A stretch of DNA of 64,000 nt from positions 150,716 through 214,715 of the forward strand of contig CAVRDF010000004.1 in assembly GCA_963719805.1 (NCBI GenBank). Direction: 5' to 3'. Made by a program: the position numbers and the translations under genes. How positions within the stretch are numbered: the first letter of the stretch is position 1; every line of letters starts with the position of its first letter. Under the pieces are notes generated by a model. The model saw only the letters and a program-made list of their open reading frames with translations. It was not told the DNA's origin and did not search any database. Origin of the DNA: an uncultured Alphaproteobacteria bacterium (GTDB lineage Bacteria > Pseudomonadota > Alphaproteobacteria > Acetobacterales > Acetobacteraceae). This document shows, in pieces, positions 19,250-27,697 of this stretch.

Positions 19250-20881
19250 TTGATCCGATTACCGTCTCCGTCGTGCAGCACCGGCTGCACGCCATTGTCG
19301 AGGAGATGGGCGAGGCGATGCTCCGCACCTCGGTACTCGCAGATCCTCAACTCCAGCCGCGATTTTTCCACCGCGATCTGCGACCTGGATGGCCGGCTGA
19401 TAGCTCAGGCCGAGCACGTCCCGATCCATGTCGGCGCGCTGCCCTGGGCGGCGAAAGCAGTCACCGAATTCTTCCGTACCGACATCCATCCGGGCGACGT
19501 TTTCCTGCTGAACGACCCCTATCACGGCGGCAACCATATCCCCGACCTCACCGCCTTCGTCCCCATATTCAATGGCGACAGGCCGATGTTCTGGGCGATC
19601 AACCGTGCGCACCAGAGCGATATCGGTGGTTCGACGCACGGCGCCTACAATGCGGCGGCAACCGAAATCTGGCAGGAGGGCATCCGCGTCACCCCGCTGC
19701 GTCTCTACGACCGGGGCGAAGTGCGGCGCGACGTGCTGGAGATGCTGGTGACCAACGTGCGGCATCCGCACGACTTCCGCGGCGACCTGGCGGCGATGAT
19801 CGGATCGGCGCATGTCGGCCAGCGGCGCATGCTGGCACTGGCGGGGGAGTTCGGCTGGGACACCACGCTGGCGGCGATCGAGGCTGTGCTGGATGGCGCT
19901 GAGCGCCAGGCGCGCGCGGTGATCGCGACATGGAAGGATGGGGTGTACCACGGCGAGGCTTTCCTCGATGACGATGGCCATCGCTACACCGACATCCACA
20001 TCCGCGCCACGGTGACCAAGCGTGGCAGCGATCTGATTGTCGATCTGTCGGATTCGCATGAGCAGGTGGTGGGCTTCGTCAACTCGTCGTTTCCCAACAT
20101 GCGGTCGGCGGTGGTTGTGGCGCTCGCTTATCTGATCGATCCGCACACGCCGAAGAACGATGGCGCCTTCCGCCCGCTCACCGTGATCGCCAAGCCGGGC
20201 ACGGTGGTATGGGCGAACGAAGGCGCGCCGGTGACCCTGTGCACCAACCACTGCTCGCAGGAGATCATGCAGGCGATCATCCTGGCGCTCGCGCCGGCCT
20301 GTCCCGACCGCGCCATGGCAGGGTGGGGGCGGCGTTTCCGCATTGCCATCCAGGGCCGCGATCCGCGCACGGAGAAGCCATTCATCTGGCACATGTTCCA
20401 GGCGCGTCCTGGCGGGGGTGCGTCGCCGGTCGGCGATGGCTGGCCCGGCGGGGGAGAATGGCAGGCGGCCGGCGGCATCAAGTTCGGCAGCCTGGAAGTC
20501 ACCGAGGTGCGGTTCCCGCTGTTCTTCCGGCGGCATGAATTCCGTCCGGGGTCCGGCGGGGACGGCCAGTATCGCGGCGGCCCCGGCTGCGTGCTGGAAA
20601 TGGTGGCGGAGATCGACGAACCGGCGAAGGGCAATACCGCGGGCGACGGTGTGAAGTACGGGGCGTGCGGGATGCTTGGCGGCAATGACGGCTTGCCGCA
20701 TCGCTATGTGCTGCATTCGGAAGGCCGTCAGCAACGTGCGCTGAAGACCAAGGAAGTCGGCATTGAGATCCGGCCCGGGGATGTGTTCCGCATTGAATCA
20801 GGTGGCGGCGGCGGCTGGGGCGATGCCGCCAAGCGCGATCCCGCCGCACGCAAGCAGGATGAGATCAATGGTTTCGTTTGA
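19250..20881 (+). CDS. hydantoinase B/oxoprolinase family protein, N-terminus apparently frameshifted
   Basis: From about 19334 this frame reads YSQILNSSRDFSTAICDLDGRLIAQAEHVPIHVGALP..., which is HyuB-like to the end. The expected N-terminus (L)ADVDPITVSVVQHRLHAIVEEMGEAMLRTS lies in a different frame (TTG 19240 to 19332). The intact gene would therefore span 19240-20881. Confidence 0.85.
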   Translation: MIRLPSPSCSTGCTPLSRRWARRCSAPRYSQILNSSRDFSTAICDLDGRLIAQAEHVPIHVGALPWAAKAVTEFFRTDIHPGDVFLLNDPYHGGNHIPDLTAFVPIFNGDRPMFWAINRAHQSDIGGSTHGAYNAAATEIWQEGIRVTPLRLYDRGEVRRDVLEMLVTNVRHPHDFRGDLAAMIGSAHVGQRRMLALAGEFGWDTTLAAIEAVLDGAERQARAVIATWKDGVYHGEAFLDDDGHRYTDIHIRATVTKRGSDLIVDLSDSHEQVVGFVNSSFPNMRSAVVVALAYLIDPHTPKNDGAFRPLTVIAKPGTVVWANEGAPVTLCTNHCSQEIMQAIILALAPACPDRAMAGWGRRFRIAIQGRDPRTEKPFIWHMFQARPGGGASPVGDGWPGGGEWQAAGGIKFGSLEVTEVRFPLFFRRHEFRPGSGGDGQYRGGPGCVLEMVAEIDEPAKGNTAGDGVKYGACGMLGGNDGLPHRYVLHSEGRQQRALKTKEVGIEIRPGDVFRIESGGGGGWGDAAKRDPAARKQDEINGFV

Positions 20882-20911
20882 AAGCAATATTGTGAGTAGG
20901 GGTATCGCCAC

Positions 20912-22951
20912 GTGCTGAAGATCGGCATCGACGTCGGCGGCACGTTCACCGATCTGGTCGCGATCGATGACACCGGCCAGTCCACTCTGGCAAAGGTCGC
21001 CTCCACGCCGCAGGACCCCTCCATTGGTGTGATGGCCGGCCTGGACCGGCTGGCTGAAATTCTGCACCTGGCCCCCGCCGAACTGCTCGCACGCACCGAA
21101 CGCATCGTGCACGGCACGACGGTCGCCACCAACGCGCTGCTCGAGCATAAAGGCGCCAAGGTCGGCCTCCTCACCACCGAGGGCCATCGCGATGTCATCG
21201 AAATGCGCGAGGGTCTGAAAGACGATCGCTACAACCTGCGCATGCCGCCGCCGGTGCAACTGGTGCCGCGTGCGTTGCGGCTTGGTGTGATCGAACGCAT
21301 GCGCGCCGACGGCACGGTGGAAACACCGCTCGATCATGCATCGCTGGAAGCGTCGATCGACACGCTGAAGCGCAACGGCGTGGACGCGGTGGCGGTATGC
21401 TATTTGCATGCCTACCGCGATGCGCGGCATGAACGCGAGACCGCAGCCGGGTTGGCGAAGGCGATGCCCGATGCGTATGTGTCGCTGTCGTCTGACGTGT
21501 TTCCGCAGATCAAGGAGTTCGATCGCGTCTCCACAACGGTGGTGAACGCGTATGTCGGCCCGGCGTTGTCGCGCTATCTGCATCGGCTGGAGCAGCGTCT
21601 GGTGGAGGCCGGCTTCACCGGCCCCATTCTGATCATCCAATCGCATGGTGGCGTCGCGCCAATTGCCGAATCAGCGAGGCTTGCGGCCGGTGGCGTGCTG
21701 TCCGGTCCGGCAGGAGGCGTCGCCGGCAGCCGCTACGCGACGCAGTTGCTGAGCAGCGGCAACCTGATTCCGTTCGATATGGGCGGTACCAGCACCGACA
21801 TCTGCCTCATCGTCGATGGCGAGCCGTCTCTTGCAAGTGGCCGTGGCGTCGGGGGCCATCGATTGGCGCTGAACAGCCTTGATATAGTCAGCCTCGGCGC
21901 TGGCGGCGGCTCGATCGGACGCGTCGACACCGGCGGCATTTTGCACGTGGGGCCGGAGAGCGCCGGCGCGATACCCGGTCCCGCGTGCTATGGCCGCGGT
22001 GGCACCGAACCTACCGTGACCGATGCGAATCTGGTGCTGGGCTATCTCGATCCCTCGCATTTCCTCGGTGGTTCCGCGCAACTCGATGCTGCGGCAGCTG
22101 AACTGACACTGGATCGCCTGGCGGCCACGCTGAAGGTCGATCGCGTTACGGCGGCCGAGGGCGTGCATCGCGTGGTCAATACCAACATGGCCGAGGGTAT
22201 CCGGCTGGTGTCGGTGCGGCGCGGCGTCGATCCGCGCAAGTTCGCATTGCTGTCGTTCGGTGGCGCGGCAGGCCTGCATGTCACCGACGTTGCACGCCAG
22301 CTCGACCTCAACCGCGTGGTGGTTCCCCGTGTTGCCGCCGTGTTGTCGGCGTGGGGGATGCTCGCGACCGACCTGCGCTTCGAAGTTTCGCGTACGCATA
22401 TTGGCGACACGGCGCGTTTGGATGGTGCTGGCATCAAGCGCCTTTTCGCCGAAATGGAGCAGGAGGGGCTGGAGCGATTGCGTGCGTCGTTCGACGGTCC
22501 GGTCCGCGTCCAGCGGTCGGTGGAGATGCGTTACGGCGAGCAGATCTTCGAGATCACTGTGCCGCTGGATGGCATCGACTGGGATGTTGCCGATCCGCTG
22601 CCGCAAATCGTCGAGCGGTTCCATAATCGCCATGAGGAACTCTACACCTACGCGTTGCGTGAGCAGGGAGCGGTGCTGGTGAACGCGCGTGCCGCTGTAA
22701 TCGGTGTGCTGCCTGGCGTACCGCAGGAACCGGTGCGTCCCTCTGCATCCGCGGCTGCGCCACAAGGCGAGCGTCGCATTTGGCTGCGCGACTGGACCAG
22801 CGTGCCGGTGTTCGATTTCGATGCGCTGGCGCCAGGGCAGTCGATCGCCGGTCCGGCTATTGTCGAATCAGCGATGACGACTGTGCTGTTGCGCCCCGGC
22901 AATCGTGCAACCACCACGCCACATGGCTGGTTGGATATCGCCGTGGCATAA
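20912..22951 (+). CDS. hydantoinase A/oxoprolinase family protein
   Basis: GTG start. The N-terminus MLKIGIDVGGTFTDLVA is the ASKHA phosphate-1 motif. The 679-aa product is HyuA-like throughout. Confidence 0.9.
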   Translation: MLKIGIDVGGTFTDLVAIDDTGQSTLAKVASTPQDPSIGVMAGLDRLAEILHLAPAELLARTERIVHGTTVATNALLEHKGAKVGLLTTEGHRDVIEMREGLKDDRYNLRMPPPVQLVPRALRLGVIERMRADGTVETPLDHASLEASIDTLKRNGVDAVAVCYLHAYRDARHERETAAGLAKAMPDAYVSLSSDVFPQIKEFDRVSTTVVNAYVGPALSRYLHRLEQRLVEAGFTGPILIIQSHGGVAPIAESARLAAGGVLSGPAGGVAGSRYATQLLSSGNLIPFDMGGTSTDICLIVDGEPSLASGRGVGGHRLALNSLDIVSLGAGGGSIGRVDTGGILHVGPESAGAIPGPACYGRGGTEPTVTDANLVLGYLDPSHFLGGSAQLDAAAAELTLDRLAATLKVDRVTAAEGVHRVVNTNMAEGIRLVSVRRGVDPRKFALLSFGGAAGLHVTDVARQLDLNRVVVPRVAAVLSAWGMLATDLRFEVSRTHIGDTARLDGAGIKRLFAEMEQEGLERLRASFDGPVRVQRSVEMRYGEQIFEITVPLDGIDWDVADPLPQIVERFHNRHEELYTYALREQGAVLVNARAAVIGVLPGVPQEPVRPSASAAAPQGERRIWLRDWTSVPVFDFDALAPGQSIAGPAIVESAMTTVLLRPGNRATTTPHGWLDIAVA

Positions 22952-22956
22952 CGCGG

Positions 22957-25563
22957 CTATACTTGCACAAAGCTGTTGGCGTTGAACGTCCAAGGCGTTG
23001 TGCCATTCGTGGTGATGATGCCGACGAGTGTTCCACCGTGAGCGAACGACCCGTTGCTGGTGTAGAACAATTGGCCGGTATCGTGCTCGTAGGCGAAACC
23101 GCCCTTGCCACCATTGTTCAGCGTCGTTGACAGCAACTTCGCGAGGTTGGCGACATCGGTCAGGTCGCGGTTCAGAGTGAGCTGTGCGCCTCCTAGATCA
23201 TAAGCGTTGCCCGCAAGCGTGCTGCTACCGGTCGTGTCCAAGGCGATCCTATCACCTTTTGCGGCATTGAAGTTCGTCACGGTGCTGTATGCACCAAGGC
23301 TATGCTGATCAAACACGAACAGATCTGCCGCCGCATTGCCGGTGATGAAATTCATTCCCCCGCCGCCAATTACCATCGCCGCAGTCGAACCTGTCAGCAG
23401 GATGGTGTCGTTGCCGCTGCCGCCGATGACCGTCTCGGTGCCGGCCACCGAGACGCGGTTGGTGCCGTTTGCGAGCCGTAATGTGTCCTGGCCGGCTCCC
23501 AGGTCGACCGAAGCATTCACGGCACTACTGCCGTAGGTGATTGAATCATTGCCGGAACCGCCGACGAGCGTGGTGACATTACCGACCATGCCGGTGTTCG
23601 TGGTCGCTGCGAGCGTGAGCTTGTTGCTGCCGGCGCCGAGATCGACCGACATGCTTGTGGTAAGTGCGGTCGCCAGCGTGACTGTGTCATTGCCGGTGCC
23701 TCCAAGGATGACCTCGGTATTGGCGACCGTCGCCGAGTTCGTGCCGTTGGCTAAGGTGAGTGAGTCTGAACCTGCACCGAGGTCGATCGAAGCATTGGTG
23801 GCCGGCGTGGTCAGCAAGATTGTGTCGCTGCCACCGCCTCCAATGATGGTCTCGGTGTTGGCGACGGAAATGCGGTTGCTGGAGTTGAAAAGTCTTAAAG
23901 TGTCGTTGCCGGCGCCGAGATCCACCGAGCCATTCATCAGGCTGCTGCCGTAGCTGATACTGTCGCCCGCGGTGCTACCGATGAGCGTGGTGACATTGCT
24001 CACCGTGCCCGTATTGCCGCTTGCCTGGAGGATAAGCTTATTACTACCACCCCCGAGGTCGACTGACATCGCTGTGGTGAGTGCAGTCGCCAGCGTGATC
24101 GCGTCATCGCCGGTGCCCCCAAGGATGGTCTCGGTGTTGGCTACGGTCGCCGAGTTCGTGCCGCTGGCGAAGGTGAGCGCATCGGAACCTGCGCCAAGGT
24201 CGATAGAAGCATTGGTGACCAGTGTGGTCAGCACGATGGTGTCGCTGCCACTGCCGCCAATGATGGTCTCGGTATTCGCTACTGAAACCCGGTTGGTGAA
24301 GTTGGCGAGCCGCAAGGTGTCGCCGCCGGCGCCGAGATCGACGGAACCGTTCACCAGAATGCTGGCGTAGCTGATGCTATCGGCTCCGGCGCTGCCGACG
24401 AGCGTTGAGACATTACTCACCACGCCGGTGTTGCCGCTTGCCTGGAGGGTTAGCTTATTGCTGCCACCACCAAGGTCGATCGAGGTAGCTGTGGTGAGTG
24501 CGGTCGCCAGCGTGATCGTGTCATCGCCGGTCCCGCCAAGGACGACCTCGGTGTTGGCTACGGTCGCTGAGTTCGTGCCATTGGCGAAGGTAAGCTTGTC
24601 GAAGCCTGCACCCAGGTCGATCGAAGCATTGATGACGGGGGCACTCAGCACGATCGTATCGTTGCCTGTAGTGCCGGTGATGGTGTTGCTACCGGTGAAT
24701 TGGCCGATATCGACCTCGACCACGCCCGACGAAAGTGATGACAGCGGGATCAGCGAAGGTTGATAGCAGCCCCAGGGATTGCCTAGCTGCACCATTGGTG
24801 CGCCATTCACCATGGTCACGCCTTCGAACATGTAGGCGTGGTTGTTATACAGGCCGTAGGGCAGCGTACCGGAGGAGTAAGTGTCCATCACGATCAGGTC
24901 GCCTGCCGCGACAAAGCTCTGCAACAGTCCGAGCGTGAGCGAAGCTGACGACATGTAGGTGGCTGATTGGCCAACGAGCTCCTTCATGGCAATCATGGGA
25001 TTGCCGCCGTTGGCGATGTAGTTGTAGCCACCGTTAAGGGTTGCCACTGCCTTTTCCAGCACCTGGACCCAGATTTCCTTTTGCCCGTTCACTACATCCT
25101 GGGTCGCACCGTTGTTGACGACATTGCCAGGGAATGTGTTGTCGATCGTCACCGTGGTCGCTTTAAACGACGTCGTGCTGTATGTTGGCAGTTGGCCCGA
25201 AGCAGACAGATACAATGTTACGGTCTCAGTGCCATTCGCATTCACCTGGATCATGTTGGTGATGTAGCTGGGGTGCCAGAGCGCGATCTCGCCGATAGAT
25301 GACAGCAGGAAGCAATCGCCGATTTGTCCCTGGTGGATGTCGTTGACGCTGATAAGCGAACTATCGCCAAACTCCTGCAAATAAAGCGCGGTCGAACCTG
25401 CCTTCGGTGCCATGGCGGTGGTTACGGTTGGCAGCAAATTGCTCCACGCGTCCGACACACCATTGTAGCCGTTGTCATCGAGAGGGGAGTGCAAGCCTTT
25501 GGCGAGGATGGTGGCGGCTGACGTCATGGAAGCCTCGCTGCGTTCTGCGAAGACTGGCATCAC
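22957..25563 (-). CDS. calpain-type (peptidase C2-like) cysteine protease fused to an RTX-like repeat array; probable T1SS substrate
   Basis: Triad motifs are QGQIGDCFLLSS (Cys84, codon 25312-25314), NNHAYMF (His242, 24838-24840) and LGNPWG (Asn262, 24778-24780). Nine 46-47-aa modules follow, each with a GGxGxDxUx nonapeptide. The C-terminal tail of about 120 aa is non-repetitive, and there is no N-terminal signal peptide. Confidence 0.8.
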   Translation of the reverse strand: MMPVFAERSEASMTSAATILAKGLHSPLDDNGYNGVSDAWSNLLPTVTTAMAPKAGSTALYLQEFGDSSLISVNDIHQGQIGDCFLLSSIGEIALWHPSYITNMIQVNANGTETVTLYLSASGQLPTYSTTSFKATTVTIDNTFPGNVVNNGATQDVVNGQKEIWVQVLEKAVATLNGGYNYIANGGNPMIAMKELVGQSATYMSSASLTLGLLQSFVAAGDLIVMDTYSSGTLPYGLYNNHAYMFEGVTMVNGAPMVQLGNPWGCYQPSLIPLSSLSSGVVEVDIGQFTGSNTITGTTGNDTIVLSAPVINASIDLGAGFDKLTFANGTNSATVANTEVVLGGTGDDTITLATALTTATSIDLGGGSNKLTLQASGNTGVVSNVSTLVGSAGADSISYASILVNGSVDLGAGGDTLRLANFTNRVSVANTETIIGGSGSDTIVLTTLVTNASIDLGAGSDALTFASGTNSATVANTETILGGTGDDAITLATALTTAMSVDLGGGSNKLILQASGNTGTVSNVTTLIGSTAGDSISYGSSLMNGSVDLGAGNDTLRLFNSSNRISVANTETIIGGGGSDTILLTTPATNASIDLGAGSDSLTLANGTNSATVANTEVILGGTGNDTVTLATALTTSMSVDLGAGSNKLTLAATTNTGMVGNVTTLVGGSGNDSITYGSSAVNASVDLGAGQDTLRLANGTNRVSVAGTETVIGGSGNDTILLTGSTAAMVIGGGGMNFITGNAAADLFVFDQHSLGAYSTVTNFNAAKGDRIALDTTGSSTLAGNAYDLGGAQLTLNRDLTDVANLAKLLSTTLNNGGKGGFAYEHDTGQLFYTSNGSFAHGGTLVGIITTNGTTPWTFNANSFVQV
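23329..24678. repeat. intragenic tandem repeat of about 417 bp (139 codons), about 3.2 copies, each made of three 46-47-codon sub-repeats
   Basis: The protein units beginning NASIDLGAG(F/S)D... recur three times with only scattered substitutions. The opposite-strand ORFs at 23537, 23972 and 24374 also mirror each other. Confidence 0.85.
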
Positions 25564-25653
25564 CGGTCGTTCGCCAGATCATTCGCTTGCGAGTCTTTCG
25601 CCACGGGATGGTCGAGTGGCCCGCGCTTGTAGGGACCGCGCAGCAGATCTACA

Positions 25654-25683
25654 GAACAAACCCTGACAAACAGTGAACAAACC
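25654..25683. promoter_or_regulatory. three helically phased ACAAAC hexamers (candidate regulator site upstream of the calpain-like gene)
   Basis: GAACAAACC sits at 25654-25662 and again at 25675-25683, with GACAAAC at 25665-25671. The hexamer starts are 10 and 11 nt apart. The site is an AT-rich patch in the 432-bp intergenic region, 91-120 bp upstream of the ATG at 25563. Confidence 0.3.
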
Positions 25684-25995
25684 ATGGCCTTCAAGCCAGG
25701 ATTCAATGTGGCTGCATCGGCGTATGGGTTCGCACGCCGACGTGTACCTCCCTGCAGTCGTGTTCAAACCGGAGATGCCCGGGTCCCTTGCCACCTGCCT
25801 TTGCCACTTCGCTGCAGCGCTCGAACCTGTGTGCGGACCGTCGATGTCTTCGACCGCGCCAGCTTCGCGCTCGGCTCGCCCTGCGACTTTGCCGCCGCAA
25901 TGCTGCGTTTCAGACGGCCTCTAACAACGTAACTTGCTTGCGGCAGTTCGTGAAACTCGACATGCTTTTGCCCAACAATCTTCAGGGGGCATATC

Positions 25996-27534
25996 ATGAG
26001 GCGGCGGACATTCCTGGCCGGAGCAGCCGGTGTTGCGGCGGCATCGTTGCCGCGCATTTCGATCGATGCACCAGGCAATGCGCGCGTGCTGCGTTTTGTG
26101 CCGCAGGCGAATCTGACAGTGCTCGATCCGATCATCACCACCGCGGCGGTGACCATCAACCATGGCTGGATGGTCTACGACACGCTGTTCGGCATCAATG
26201 CTGCGCAGCAGGCGAAACCGCAGACCTATCTCATCAAGCTGCGCGATGGGCTGAAGTTCCATGACGGCGAGCCGGTGTTGGCGCGCGACTGCGCGGGAAG
26301 CCTGGCGCGCTGGGCGGCGCGCGATACGTTTGGTGGGACCGCGGCAAAATCGGTGGATAGTTGGGGCTTCGCCGACGACAAGACGATCAAGATCACGCTG
26401 AAACGGCCGTTTCCGCTGCTGATAGATGCAATTGCCGTTGGCACATCGTTCATTATGCCCGAGCGGCTGACCAAGACCGATCCATTCAGGCCAGTACCTG
26501 AAATCATCGGTTCTGGTCCGTTCCGCTTCATCAAAGAGGATTTCGTCGCCGGCAGTGGTGCTGCGTGGGAAAAGTTCGATGGCTACGTCCCACGGCAGGA
26601 AGCGCCGGAATGGACCTCGGGCGGCAAGGTAGCGAATTTCCCACGCATCGAGTGGAAGGTGATTCCCGACGCGGCCACTGCGTCCGCCGCGCTGCAAACC
26701 GGTGAGGTGGACTGGTATGAGCAAGCACAGGAAGATCTGGTGCCACTGCTCCGTCGCAATAGCGACATCGCCATCGCGCCGTCGAATCCGCTTGGCTATA
26801 TCGGTTGCATGCGGTTCAACTCGATCCAGCCGCCGTTCAACGATGCACGCCTGCGCCGCGCCATCCTGACCGCCGTCAATCAGGAAGACTACATGCGCGC
26901 GATCATGGGCAGCGACGATGCCGCGTGGCAGGTGTGCCGTTCGCAATATCCGTGCGGGACGATGTACGGCACGCAGGTCGATCTGCCGGTGCAGAAGGGC
27001 GACATCGCGACGGCGAAGAAGTTGCTCCAGGAAGCCGGCTACAGCGGCCAGAAGGCGGTGATCATCAATCCGACAGACTTTCCCACCATCGGGCCGTTCG
27101 GCGACCTGACCGCCGATTTGTTCCGCAAGCTCGGTATCAACGTCGACCTGCAGGACACCGACTGGGGTACGGTCGTGCAGCGGCGCACGAGCAAGGAGCC
27201 GGTGGAGAAGGGCGGATGGTCAGTATATCACACCTGGGCCACAGGTTCGTTCATCCTCAATCCTGTCGTGACGACACCATTCCGCGGTCAGGGTGCCGCG
27301 GGTTGGTTCGGTTGGTACGACAATCCGAAGATCGAGCAGATGACGCAGGAATGGCTGGATGCCAAGACGGATGATGATCGCAAGAAGATCGCCGCCGCGA
27401 TACAGCTCGAGAACTACCAGCAGGCGCCGACGATTACGCTAGGCCAGTTCCAGATTCCCACCGCTTACCGGAAGAGCCTGACCGGGCGAGTGGAATACAC
27501 CGGGCCGCTTTTCTGGAACGTGAAGCGGACCTGA
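25996..27534 (+). CDS. ABC transporter substrate-binding protein, family 5 (peptide/opine/nickel type), orphan
   Basis: Tat-type signal MRRRTFLAGAAGVAAASL, followed by an SBP_bac_5-like 512-aa sequence. No permease or ATPase gene is adjacent. Confidence 0.85.
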   Translation: MRRRTFLAGAAGVAAASLPRISIDAPGNARVLRFVPQANLTVLDPIITTAAVTINHGWMVYDTLFGINAAQQAKPQTYLIKLRDGLKFHDGEPVLARDCAGSLARWAARDTFGGTAAKSVDSWGFADDKTIKITLKRPFPLLIDAIAVGTSFIMPERLTKTDPFRPVPEIIGSGPFRFIKEDFVAGSGAAWEKFDGYVPRQEAPEWTSGGKVANFPRIEWKVIPDAATASAALQTGEVDWYEQAQEDLVPLLRRNSDIAIAPSNPLGYIGCMRFNSIQPPFNDARLRRAILTAVNQEDYMRAIMGSDDAAWQVCRSQYPCGTMYGTQVDLPVQKGDIATAKKLLQEAGYSGQKAVIINPTDFPTIGPFGDLTADLFRKLGINVDLQDTDWGTVVQRRTSKEPVEKGGWSVYHTWATGSFILNPVVTTPFRGQGAAGWFGWYDNPKIEQMTQEWLDAKTDDDRKKIAAAIQLENYQQAPTITLGQFQIPTAYRKSLTGRVEYTGPLFWNVKRT

Positions 27535-27697
27535 CGAGCCAAGGATTTTCTCGCTCGCGGTTACGGCAAGGCGCGCAAAGGTTCCGGCGGTGGATCGCGC
27601 GGCACTGGTATCGGCTGCGGCGGTTCCTCCACTGGGACAGGCGCATCCGGATCGGGTTCATCCGCCGGACTACCAGGCGGCTTCGGTGGATCCGACA

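Noticed and set aside
19325-19340. Programmed ribosomal frameshifting at the hyuB (19333) and CelD-like (55998) sites
   Set aside because: There is no slippery heptamer, downstream structure or known precedent in these families. Both sites are simple 1-nt insertions relative to the expected sequence, so a sequencing error or mutation is the simpler explanation.
19259-20734. 491-aa ORF on the minus strand
   Set aside because: It is antisense to the HyuB-like gene and has no recognisable domain.
23329-24678. Possible CRISPR-like or non-coding repeat array
   Set aside because: The repeats are in frame within an 868-aa ORF, with a period of 417 bp and no unique spacers. They are a protein repeat (RTX-like modules), not a CRISPR array.
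25564-25995. tRNA, sRNA or small-protein gene in the long intergenic region
   Set aside because: I could trace no cloverleaf (no acceptor/T-arm pairing). The ORFs there (65-83 aa, both strands) are Arg/Cys/Pro-rich with no start context. An sRNA cannot be excluded without expression data.
27535-27697. Terminator or small ORF between the convergent binding-protein and glgX genes
   Set aside because: Only a weak 5-bp stem (CGAGC...GCTCG) is present. The 75-aa minus-strand ORF is Arg-rich and overlaps the binding-protein gene end.
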